Source: Raillietiella orientalis (taxonomy: Eukaryota). Taken from it: a DNA stretch of 64,000 nucleotides. The translations under genes were made by a program, and so were the position numbers. How positions within the stretch are numbered: position 1 is the stretch's first letter; every line of letters begins with the position of its first letter. The DNA lies in contig JAYWIR010000015.1 of NCBI GenBank assembly GCA_036172245.1, positions 558,001 to 622,000 of the forward strand. The letters are read 5' to 3'. Shown here piece by piece: positions 40,886 to 52,228 of this stretch. The notes under the pieces were generated by a model. It searched no databases. It had not been told where the DNA came from and saw only the letters and a program-made list of their open reading frames with translations.

Positions 40886-41779
40886 GACTAGGTCATCTCT
40901 CACAATGGGAAAAACATGTTAAAAACAATGGAACATAGAGAGAGATGATGGAAACTCTCCCTCTATGTTTGTAAGTGCCATTCGTGAACGTTTACGTGCC
41001 TTCATAATCTTGCTAAGAGCGAGTATCCGGTGCCCGGTGTTATTAATGGAAGCTGAAGCCATGACGAAATCGGAGGAAATTCTGGCGGGGTCCCAGCGGT
41101 CCTAATGTGCTGCCAGGGGCGAAAGACAATTCAGACCTGTCCTCTTCTGCTGACGCTCCATGCCACCAGCAGCTTTAAACGTTATCAATACAATTAAAGA
41201 CGTACTGTACTGAAAGTAAATCATGTTTAGAATTTCGACGTTAGATTTTCGGCAAAAGGACAATCCGATCTACAGAACTGTCACTTTGATTCCTTTTGGT
41301 CATTCGCATCCTTCAGAATCACAACGAAAATCACTGCTGTCCACGGAAGTCAGCTAGTGGACGAGAAGATGCGCCTGCAAGTTTAGACAAGAAAAAGCTT
41401 TTAAAATTAGCCTGATATCTGCGCTTTATGCAGGCTCCAGTGAAAGGATATGGAACAAATCTGAAGCACGGCCCATACACATCCATTTTCTAAATGCAAA
41501 TCTTTAGCACTATGCGCACATTTTCCGAAAAGACTGCAAAATACCGGACCATCTGGAAGCTTGTTCCTTTTGAAGTTTCCCTCGGGTAGCTGGAAGGAAA
41601 ATGAGGAATCTCATTCGCCAAAAAGAATGATTGCAGGTCTTCGGACGGAAATGACGGCGACTCCTTCTGAGGTGCTCGACAAGGGAGTTGACTGACTCTG
41701 CGACCTCGAGTGTCCCACCTAAAGGCCTGCTACGGTGGGCCCAGCTTCTGGATAATCCTTCGGAAGATTTGGTGTTGCT

Positions 41780-42860
41780 GAAGATACTTACGGACAGCTC
41801 CACCCTCCAGTCTACGGAGGGACCCCGGAAAGGATCCTCCACTAGGAATTCCTCCAGAGGGAATCCGCAAGGGAAACGCTCCTGTTTCCTCCTCCTCTTC
41901 TGAAGAGAACTCCGAAGGGATACTTCCGAAAGCTCTCAGAAGCATCGCTCCCCTAAAGGAGCGGCACGCTACTTTGCACTCTGGAGAGGCGTCATCAATC
42001 CACAGCTTACGAGACTGAAGATCCATCCACGAGGGAGGAGGGATGGATCCTTTGCACAACCGGAGAGGAATCCCGGAGGGAATCCGACTCCTTGATTCTT
42101 TTTCCTGGAAGGACTCCAGAGAGTCGACTCCCATTCCCGGCCACACATTGGAGGCATCCGGTTTGAACCGCTGCCTGTGCCGCACCCGAAGACAGGTCCA
42201 CCAGCGTCATCTTGTGGGAAGAACTCGAAACCCATGATGCCCCCCATTTCTCAGGCGTCGAATCTTTCCGAGTATTCGAACCCGATGTTTGGTGTTACGC
42301 GCGGACCACATGTCCTCCGACGCGGGTGGCAGGAGTCTGGCATTGGGGTCTGGCATGCAAAGCACGCTTTTACCCACTGGATCCAGGGAAGGGTGGACCC
42401 AGAGTGTGCAGGTTCGGAGAAGGAGAAACTCTCCCTCAAACTGCTTGCTGACTATGTTGCCCTCTGGACACTCTGGGAGCGTGCTTCGACGGCTCTCCGG
42501 ATCCCTGCGAGCAACTCCAGAGACGTGATAAAACGCCTCTTTATGCGTGACGCGCTGCCATCAGCTGCGTGCCAAGGAGCTTTTTGTTGCCTGCGCAGGA
42601 TGGTGGTGGCATGGAACTCCAGCAGAAGAGAACAGCACGGCAGAGGTGCCATGCACTGGACGAAACTCTTTATGAGGATCACCGTGAGATGGACTCATCT
42701 GGGAAGTGAGGAGAACGAACCTGCCAGCATCCTCCAGAGGATGAACGGGACGTCGCGGAACACCCTGTGATCCCTTCCCAAACCCCCCAAACAAGAAGTT
42801 TTCGAATTTTCATTTATTTTTCTTTTGTTTTTCTCCACCTCCCGTGACTCTGCATGGAAC
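41780..42860 (+). mobile_element. Bipartite/internally deleted LINE derivative
   Basis: 41860-41930 is homologous to the reverse complement of ~50800-50865. Downstream is the ORF2 C-terminus LLADYVALWTLWER...AFCCLRRMVVAWNS...EPASILQRMNGTSRNTL* and a U-rich UTR. Terminal hairpin not seen. Confidence 0.72.
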
Positions 42861-44565
42861 CCCAAGTGGCAAGTGGACTAAAAATTCTGCACGTGCTAGG
42901 GTCAAGGGTCTCAAAATGGATGGAAAACTCAACCTCTTCTCAAACTTCAAATGGGTGAGGAAGCCGGCTTGCTCGAACGTTGAATCTAGGCCTGTCAGAC
43001 CCACGAGAACTCCACCCTCCACTCCAAGAAGGTCCATTCTTTTACGCAGAACTGGAGCTGAGGGATGCAGCGAACATCGGGTTGCGGCGCCTGGAGCGAC
43101 TTCCTATGGAAGGTGCTGTTGGTTGTCATGGGAGGCAGGCAAAGGGCAGCCATGGAAGCCGGAACCTTCGAAGAGGGCGTGTCCGAGACGTGTCCACCAA
43201 AGCGACCGGTCCTGAAGATGGGCAGCGCTCAAGAGTCGGGTCGGGAGCGTGTATAACCTCTGAAATAGAGCTGCCCACGCGTTTCAAGGAGATTCCGTGT
43301 GAAGGAGACAGGTGCTGGAGAGCACGAGAGTGGCGACGGCGAGCAGTGCGGAAGGGTTTGGGCACAAGTCGAGCCTGGATCCGCCTCGATGTCGGCAGCA
43401 GCGAACTCTCCGGCGAGTGTCCGGAGGCCTGGTGCGAAGAAAGATCAATGGGAGAAATGACGAACAGCATATGTCTCTCGTGGGAGAACCACGAGGACGT
43501 CCCGTGCCTGTCTGTGGATGCCGATGTGAACGCGATGTCACGCCTCCCGGGGGACACTGCGCAGGAAGGAGTGCGTCCGGATGCTGCTGGAGCACGGTGT
43601 TTCGACTCCCTGAGACTCGAGGGAATGGGGCCCTGAGAATGAGCTGGGTCGGGCACTCCAGGCTCCTGATCCAGACAAAGTCACCACTGCTTTCCCCCCC
43701 AGCCTTCTCTTTACCCCACTCTTCGGCAGGACGTCCCGTCACCTCACAGAGAACAGCCGCTGACCTACAAAACTTCCAGTGTCTTCGGCGTCGTATGCAT
43801 CCGCACGCTGTACCAGTCGTCTTCAATCAGCACTGACTTCAGGCTTCTCAGTCTCTCCAGACTCTCCTGAGGCCTCAGCGCGCAATCACGACTGAAACCG
43901 TCAGCTCTGCCACTGCCTCCTGAGTGACATCAGTCTGCCTGAGGAACCATTCAGCACTGTCTATGCCTGTCCCTCTCTTCCTGGGGAACATCCAAAAGAT
44001 CCCCCACTATCCGGGAACGGTGTCGCTCGAGTGTTTTAGTCAGCATTCCCAGATTCCCTTCCAACCTACCACGTGACAGGCACATGAAAGTCATCCTCAA
44101 CAGCGTCATGAGCTCGCCAAGAGGAACGGACTCGTAGGAGGGAACACTTCGAAGAAAGATGGATTCGAAAGCTGCGCCATCGCCAGCCAGGAAAGTGCCT
44201 CGAGAGCCTGTTTTTTCTTTTTTTCTTTTTTTTAAAGGAAGACATTGAAAGACATTTTTTTTTAAAAAAAGAAGAAAGAGTATAAAACATTTTGATGCAG
44301 AGACAGCTGCAAAATAATGGAGTTATTGAATCCGTTTGCGATAACTTTTAATCCTTTTCTATCCACATCATAGCTAAATCCCGTTGAGAGGTATTGAGGG
44401 CGACAACAGGAGAAACGAGGGTTTGAGAGAACGTCAACGTTAAAGAAACGGAGAGAAAGAGGAGAACAGTAAGTAGACATCTTCACATTTCATCTTTCCC
44501 TTTTAGTTGGCATTCTAAAACGTTGAGAATGGCTGAATGAAAATACTTAGCTGCTGATGAGTTGT

Positions 44566-44598
44566 TTCTCACCCGGGTGCGCCGGGGCGTTTATGAGT
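44566..44598 (-). mobile_element. Ultra-truncated LINE insertion consisting of the terminal hairpin only
   Basis: Minus strand ATAAACGCCCCGGCGCACCCGGGTGAGAA, flanked by the 14-bp direct repeat TGCTGATGAGTTGT (44552-44565, 44599-44612). Confidence 0.85.
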
Positions 44599-47358
44599 TG
44601 CTGATGAGTTGTCGAGGACATTACCAAGCGCAGCAAACCTTGAAGGAGGAAAGAAGAGTGCAATACGAACTTTGAATCAGGAACACTAAAACAACAACAA
44701 CACAATTCTTTCAAAACGAAAATTTCTCACAAGAAATCAAGAAATGGAATGCGATTTACGAGTAAATGGATCGAGAAGAAGGGAATTCTTAACAGAACAG
44801 GGTAAGAGTGTTTCGTAGCATTCATCAGGGTTGGATTCTGCAAAGAAAGTACACCTCTTTCGTTTCTATTTGCCGTCGTTCTCGAGTCAGGCATCTTTTA
44901 CAAGATGAACACAGTTTTTCACTCTCGATACCATCAGAGCGACTTTTGGCAAGGAAAGTAACGATGCATTCCTTCTTTTTCTAGTGATGTCCGCTTAGTG
45001 CTAATTACTTCTGAGTATTTCCATAAGAAGGCTAATGAATTGTTCTGAGGATAATTGTCAAAAAACTGCTTCTATTTTGCGCGCACAGGTTATGTAGGAC
45101 AACATGGGATATTTAAAGAGAATACAATGTAAAGTCTTTGGAACGCACACGAGGAACCTTTCTTTTTCATGTGGGGAAGACTTCTCTTGTTGATGTTCAT
45201 GGCTGGATGCATGCTGTTTACGTCGCTAGCATTTCTCTTCAGATATCACGCTTACGAGATGGAAGCTGGTATGGAAGAGTGAGCCTCTCTTTGGCACACA
45301 TGGTGCATCTTGTTCCAGTCGCATCTGGTATCTTCTACGAATCCAGTGAGGGTGGATGATGACCTTTTGCACAAGAACATCCAGGACAGTTGCTTTCCAA
45401 ATCTAGTCAGAATGAGAAAAAGAAGACAGAGGTTATGAAAATGCGGAAACACGGGCCTGCTGACCCCAAGATTTGGATATCCTGATCTTCTAAAGGACAA
45501 GATTACTCTATCGAAATCGACTATGATTCAGCAACTGACCCTCTGTTAGAGTTGGCACAAACTCTCATAGCACGTCCCTCACTCCGAAAATGGTCAGAAG
45601 GTTCATGTGACGTAATATGACTGCTTCCTTCAGAATTCTTAGCATCCAGATGCTTTAGCTGGGAAAGTCGACGAAAAGGGGATTTCGAAGACCCGTAGTA
45701 TATACACTACCACGTACGGCAATTTTAAGACTACTAAAGACCCTCACAATCTGAAGTTAGTGAACCTTGCCGGGTGTTTCTCTCCCGTGATACGCTAATT
45801 TTTAAATCTACCAAGCTCCTACGAATGCACATAGGAGCTTAGAAACAACGAAACAATGTATCCAGGAACACAAATGCAAATGTGGTCAACAATGGGATCA
45901 CGGGAGACGTCAAAATTTCATGGTTCCCGTGAGATCCGAATGTACTGCTTTTACCTCGCCTGGCCTTCACTGGTCTGCATACTTCGCTCTTGAGCCATGT
46001 GCAGGCGACAGCAATACCCAGAATCGAACGAGAGAACGAGAGCATGGTGCCATCAGCCTCCGACACCCTCTCGAGACGGTGCCACGAAGTGATCCAAACT
46101 GGGATGTGAAATACAAGGCACTCTAAGGACCGAAATGGTGATGTTACACCTTCCTGTCTCTTCCTGACTCAGGACCACAGGAATCATTATGATTATCATC
46201 ATGAGGCCAGTCCATACCGCTCCCATTTACTCATTTATCGGCCCTTCCTTCTCTTCTCTCCTTGTGCCTTCAGTGAGGTTCATACTCTTTCGCTCCAGGT
46301 GGCACATGTCGGATCCCTACTCATTGTAGAATTATTTCATTTAAAGTCACTTCAAGATTTGGACATCCTTGATGCAACCCAAATTCCTGAGCAGGTTCAT
46401 GGCATCATCCAGTATCAGATATAGCAGAAAAGATTCAATGGATGCTCCCTCTAAACTATGCTCTGGGCGACCCGAAGATCAGCTGGCGATCCGATTTGCA
46501 AGAGGAGATGGATTCAGAAGCAGATCGCCGTCTTGTAATCCCGGGACTCCGCACAACATACATTTACCAACAAGAAATTCTGGTGTGCCACGGGACAAGA
46601 AACGCGTTTCTGGGACTCAGAAATGCGTTATCCTGCCCGAGGAAGCGAGATCGCACCTCGACAACTGTCTTTCCCTCGGATGCCTTCAATGGAATGTTCC
46701 CTTCGATCCTGCTATGCTGGGTTGTGCTACATGGATGCGGGAGAAGCGAGCTTGAACTTTGGTAATGGGAGACCAGAGGTACCGAGATCCTTAGGCCGAA
46801 GAAATCTAAGTACGAGGATGGAATCCTACTCGATAGGACCCTTCTCTCATCCTCACGTGGGTTCTCCGACTGTTGGAAAAATCTGTTTGTTTTTTTGCAT
46901 GGATGGTCCGGCAATCCGGGTTTGCACACTTCCACGGACTGAGGTAGCTGATTGGTTCTTGGTCTAGAACCGGCTGGCTTTCCTCTGCCAACAGAGCACG
47001 AAGGAGAGAAGTCTCAAGCCAACCTCTGCATCCTAACTGCCGAGAACACTCTGTCCGAGAGAGAGACGAAGTGATTCCTCCCACCGGAACAACGATCTGT
47101 GTTTGCCTTTTTCTCGAAAGGATGGCGTTGCTTCCCGTCATCGAGAAGCACCCGAGCACAAGGCAGCATTTCCCCTCATGCACGGCTCGAGCCTCAAGGC
47201 TATTCTGGAGCACGATCTCCTGTGAAGTGCAGAAAGGGTTTCCCAGATGGCAAAGTCCGTGAAGACAATACCTCAGAATGGGATTCAGCTCACCAAGAAG
47301 ATGCATACCGGTCAGGTTTCCGGTTTCCACTAGTACCGTATACCCGTCCCCGGCAGCC

Positions 47359-48390
47359 ATGGCTGCACAAAAGGCCTATATTGAGGAGGTTTACAACCCC
47401 GTCCTCCACAACGTGGTCACTTGTACAATCCGGAGAGCGCGGCCGCCTTCTCGAAGGCGAGGTACGCGCACGGCATCCGACAAGAGGAGCTTCGTGCGAT
47501 AACCGTCCGGAGTGGACGTCAGTACGTTGAGGTGGTCTGCTAGCAGGCGGACCTTGCTCAACGATTGCTGAGGACCCCGGTTGCGATGGGAAGCAGGAGG
47601 CTCCTCTCGATCACGGTGGACCGCTCGATGGTGGTCCACCGTCTTGAAATAACGTTGCGGATAACCAAGGAGGCGGTCCGCGAAGAACTCGAGAAATATG
47701 GCACGGTCCACGCGCTGTGGGCGAAGTTCTCTCCCTTCGTGGAACACCGCGGGCTTCTGGGGGGCCTCGCGGCAGCGCGAATCACCGTGCGCGAGGGCTG
47801 TGGGTTACCCCACAAGCTACAGATCGCCGGGGAATCGGTAGACCTGTGGTACGTGGGGAAACCCAAATATTGCGCGCACTGCAACGCTTCAGGCCACCTC
47901 AAAAAGAGGTGCCCGAATGTGCAGTGCCAGCAGTGCCATGCCACGGGGCACACCCGTACGGTGTGCCCGCAGAGGATCTATGCGTCGCGTCTGCCAGAAA
48001 TGCGAAAAAGCGCGAGGCTAAAAAACAAAAAAAATTGGCGGAGAAAGTCTCCGCACAAACTGCTACTTTCGCGTCACCAGCCGAGGCTGCCGTATCGACC
48101 TCAGCCGAAAGTGCTGAAAAGGTCGAGGGGGACAGTCACGAAGGATGACAGGTAGCTAGGGGGAAAAAAAGCATGAGGAAGGCTGAAAACAAAGAAAAAG
48201 CGATCGCGACACGCAGCGAAAATCCGCCGGGTCGCGAACAAGCAGAGCTGCCGTTGCCCGCATCCCGCGATCGAACCAGAGCGGCGCCCCTGAACTCGCC
48301 GCTGCCGAGCCACACCGAAAAAACAAACAAGGAGGGGAGCGAGGCGGCGCTACCAGTCGGGAACGACGTAACTCTAGAGCGAGCGGTGGT
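47359..48390 (+). pseudogene. Degenerate ORF1 (Tx1/ZCCHC3-like, two CX2CX4HX4C zinc knuckles) of the LINE
   Basis: EELEKYGTV...LPHKLQIAGESVDLWYVGKPKYCAHCNASGHLKKRCPNVQCQQCHATGHTRTVCP, with upstream frameshifts and stops. Confidence 0.85.
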
Positions 48391-48391
48391 T

Positions 48392-48990
48392 GCCACCCGG
48401 TCACGCCGGGACATTTATTTCTAAACTCTGCTTACATTTGTAGTACTACACCCCATTACGGCCAATCGAACATTGGACCTGCCGGGTCGCCGGTTCACAG
48501 ACCGACGGGACTCACCTCGGCAGCGGAGGGGGGTGGGGAAGAAGCAAAAATTAAAAAAAGAAACACTTTGGAGGGCCGGGAAGGGGTCACTGTCCTTTGG
48601 GAGGAGGGTCCATCCTTTGCAAGATACCGTCGAGGTCCATCTACATTCTTCCCAGGTGGGGCCATCTGGTCGCAATCCGCAGGAAGCGAACTGCGAATTC
48701 GATGTTGTCCCTTTCGCTGCTTTCTCTGTTGGCTTCGCTTCACGCAGCCACAATCCCTCGGATGCTGCAAAATGCTGCTAGGGCTGAGGCTGTTAGCAGG
48801 GCGTCCCACACAAAGAGAAGCCGAACAGCGCCCCTGGGGGGGCTGCCAACCGGAATCCGGAGGGTCGTTGAGAAACGTTCTCAAAGGGGCCGGAGGGCGA
48901 CGCAGTCCAATAACAGGTGCGGAAGAGATTCCCGTTCTCCGCACCTGGCAGGAGCATGGACGCCAACCTGCGCTAACACCTGGTTAGCGC
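48392..48990 (-). mobile_element. 5'-truncated LINE copy nested antisense inside the + strand element
   Basis: RCGERESLPHLLLDCVALRPL zinc finger, DLDGILQRMDPPPKGQ*, UTR, then AATAAATGTCCCGGCGTGACCGGGTG. Confidence 0.85.
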
Positions 48991-49079
48991 TCCAACAGGG
49001 AAGGGAGATGATGGGCAACCGGAATTCCGGAGCGTTCGTCGGCCAGGGTCGGGAAGGTCGGGGCGGGAGTGGGAACCCA

Positions 49080-50057
49080 TGAGGTGGCAGTCGACCTACA
49101 CATGACATTCGCCCGCGTCGGAGCTCCTTCTGGAACTGCTGGGACGCTTGGGCTTCCCGGCCTCATTGTCAACCTATCTGCGCTGCAGCTGGCGCCACTC
49201 GCTCATCAATATCTCTTCCAGCGGGCAGACGGTGCACGGCGTGCCGGTGTGGCGCGGGATTAGGCAGGGCACAGCCTGAGCCCTCTGCTCTCTGGCACCT
49301 ATTTCGAATTGGTGCTGAGAGCATACAAGGAGACTCGGGTTCTCCACCCTCGCATATGTCCCGGCATGCTTGCCGTCTCAGAATACGCGGATGATCTTCT
49401 GCTGTTGTTCCTCATGTCCACCCCGGCATGAGCACTCGACGGTTGCTTCGAGCTGCTCAGTCGTGGGACAGACCTGGTGGTGAGCATGGAGAAGTCGTCC
49501 GTGGTTCCCGTTGGTGCGTCGTGGTCAGAGTGGCCGGACTGGATCCGCCTGGGGATCCTCACGGGCAGGTACTTAAAGTACCTGTGTGTTCCTTCGGGGG
49601 ACTTCTGCTGCTCAGAAGCCTGGTCCGGCCGTCTTCAGAAAGCACTGCAGGCTCTAGGCCCGTTCCAAAGAGGCAGGTTTTACCTGCCGGAGCGGGCCGC
49701 GGTATGGAACACGTTTGTGGCCCCCCTCCTTCCCCCCTTGCTTTTTGTTTGACCACCTCCATGCAGCATTAGGAAGTGGACAAAAGACCTCCTCCGAATC
49801 GCAAAGGGAGGCCCCGAGTGCGCCTAAAGGACTTGTGTGCTCCTCGCCGGGACAGCAGCCTAGACCTTCTGATGCTCGAGCACATGGAGCTGCAGCTCCA
49901 GGTTCGAACACTGGCCCTCATGGAAAAATTCTGGAGCACCACCTGGTGGCAACCTGCACGTCTTCTCGTCCAGCAAGCCACCGGCAGCGTGGAACTCGCG
50001 TCCTTCCTTGCGCGCCATCCATCCATTAATAATAAATGCCCCGGCATATCCGGGTGA
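49080..50057 (+). pseudogene. Degenerate L1/Tx1-type reverse transcriptase fragment joined directly to the terminal hairpin
   Basis: RGIRQG/(frameshift)SLSPLL, EYADDLLL (49381), MEKS, LKYL, GRFYL..RAAVWNT, LCAPRRDSSLDL (cf. LC.PK..GGLGL), then AATAATAAATGCCCCGGCATATCCGGGTGA at ~50026-50057. Confidence 0.85.
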
Positions 50058-50069
50058 CAAACAACGTCT

Positions 50070-50190
50070 CACGCCGTGGTTCAAAGGGTTGCGGCAAAGC
50101 GTCCTCAAAGAGATCGGAGGGCAACACAGTCCAATAGGAGGTGCAGGAAGGATTCCTGTTCCCCGCACCTTGCACAGTTTGGATACACCC
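50070..50190 (-). mobile_element. LINE zinc-finger fragment
   Basis: NCARCGEQESFLHLLLDCVALRSL on the minus strand; homologous to 36410-36500 and 48870-48950. Confidence 0.75.
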
Positions 50191-50297
50191 CTTCTTCCGT
50201 GTCCACAGATGCCAGCGGGCGTTGCACGGGAGACCCAGTGCAGCAGCATCAATGCCGATTCCTGCCACTTTAAGGGGAGGGTGGCTATGGCACTGGT

Positions 50298-51135
50298 TGA
50301 GACCCGGTCACGCCGGGGCGTTTATTTATAAAACAAACCTATATGTCTGTGGCAGGACGTTTGATCCTGCCAGGTTGCTTATGAATACGAAAAGGAACCT
50401 GTCAGGATCTGGCACGCAGTCCAGCAGGATGCATCTCGGCAGCACAAGGGAAGGGAAAACAAACAAAAAGAGAAAAACAAAACAAAAAACTGCAGTCAAA
50501 AAAGATGAAGGGAGGGGGGGAGGGGCGATGGCACTGGTGGAAGCCGGAAACCCCCGGATGCCCCCGCTAACTGGCCAGGGTTGGAAATGGACTTTCCGGG
50601 ATCCTTTCAGGGAATCCAAGGAGTCGGTTCCCTTAGGGGTTTCCCCTGCCGGTTGTGAAAATGAGGCCGAAACTTTATCGGGGAAAGGGCCCTCCATCGT
50701 GTTCCATGGAGCTGGTTGATACCCCCTTCGGGGATTACCTCTTCAGAGTGTCAAGAGACGCGCTGCTCCATTCAGGGAGCGCCCTCTAGAGAAATTGGGA
50801 AGTGTCCCTTCGGGGTCCTCTTAGGAGGAGTAAAACAAGGAGCGGTTCTTTTCCGGGTTCCCTCCGGAGAAGAAACGAGGATTAACCACCTCCGGAGGTC
50901 CCTCTGGAGAGAATAAGGAAGTTTTTTTCTAGAAGATATCCACGGCGAGGGTTCCCTTCGGGGTTCCCTTCCAAGCGCACGACGCAAGGAAGGGCTCCTT
51001 TTTCCGTAGCCTTCCTGGAGTTAGAGAGTGGTCTCCTTCCGGGGTACCCCCTAACTTGGAGTGTTACACGCGCCCTCGGGTGATGCGGACGGTGTTGAAG
51101 AGCTCCGTGAACTTCCCCCTAGGGAGGCGAACCAT
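50298..51135 (-). mobile_element. Non-autonomous bipartite LINE derivative (same subfamily as 39076-39572)
   Basis: MVRLPRGKFTELFNTVRITRGRV* followed by an R/P/S-rich segment, then the 3'UTR ending AATAAACGCCCCGGCGTGACCGGGT. Confidence 0.78.
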
Positions 51136-51842
51136 TCTTCAGCACTCAGCGAACGAAGAAAGAAAAAAGAAAAAGAAAAAAAAAGGAAGCCCGAAAAAAA
51201 AAAAAAAAAAAAAATCTGTAAGCAAAGCAGCTGCGAAAATAGAAGAACCCGAAGAGATTTCCATGGCTCCAATTTCTCGAGATAATTCACCGCTCGGGTT
51301 TCCCATTCCCGCAGTGACCTCAGGAATGCTGTGTCATGTTCCCGCCGCTTGTCGAACAATGCGACCCGAGTAACCGAAGCTTCGAACGGGCACCGGGCGC
51401 ATTCGCCATTCCGCCGGGTTCGGATTCGGCGACCAGGCAGCTGCAGGTTGGTGGCGGCGCCGCTCTCCTCCCCCTCCCGCTCTCTATCAGAGCACGGGCT
51501 CGAGCCTTCTTCCCCAGAGAGATGCGGCCTGTCGAAGTCGTTCACGAATAGCCACTGCCTCGAGAGCCCCGTGGGTTCGTAACTCCCAGGAATACCCACA
51601 GTCGGGCCGCGCACTTGGAACGAGATGCAGATCGCAAGGTGGCTGAAGAAATGCGAAATAAGGTGCTGCGGCCCCCTTCTACTGGCTCCCGTAGCCGTGG
51701 AAACCCCAGCCTACTCTGCCTCCTTTCCTCCCACCAAACAGTACTCCCCCCCGTTGTTGTTTGGAGTGTGAGATCCGTCCCTGTACCCCAAAGTAGCGAG
51801 CGTCTTCGTGGGAAGGATTCCAAGAACCGCCTCTTCGCCGGG

Positions 51843-51978
51843 GACTTCTCATCCCTCGCGCTCGTGGGCCGCGAAAGCACACGTGCAGCGTGAGCACGCC
51901 ATTTGGAATTCCCGACTGCTCTTTCGGCTTTCCCATGCTGCTCTCGCTGCACGTCTTCTCTCCTTTCCGGTTTCGATG
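51843..51978. repeat. ~135-bp direct repeat, copy 1 (copy 2 at ~53379-53516)
   Basis: acttctcatccctcg..cgcgaaagcacacgtgcag..tgagcacgccattt.gaattcccgactg..ctctcgctgcac..ggtttcgatg is present at both loci. Confidence 0.9.
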
Positions 51979-52228
51979 CCCGCACGCGACGGTCGCCGAT
52001 GCCATGAATGCGTTCCGACTCTTCGTGCTCCCGAGATGGTTTGCGAAAAAAAAACGACTGTTCATTTCTCCCGTTTGAGGACGCAGACATCCCCCTCGCT
52101 TTTGAGGTTGCATCTGCGGGTACAAACGACGCTACTGACAACGTGCGACGGTGGAAGGGGCAAAATCCGTTTCTCCACGCGCCCACGCAACTTGTAAGTC
52201 CCTACGCTTTCGCCGTGCAGAATCGAAT

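Noticed and set aside
42980..43836. Long overlapping ORFs (170-218 aa) in GC-rich DNA
   Set aside because: Several frames on both strands are open because of high GC content; no recognisable domain; probably TE debris.
47156..47256. HKAAFPLM...SAERVS resembling a hAT dimerisation domain
   Set aside because: Only two short motifs with an intervening stop; insufficient without an HMM search.
50286..50297. TATGGCACTGGT, identical to the miR-183/263 5' end
   Set aside because: Only 12 nt match, inside TE debris, with no precursor hairpin.
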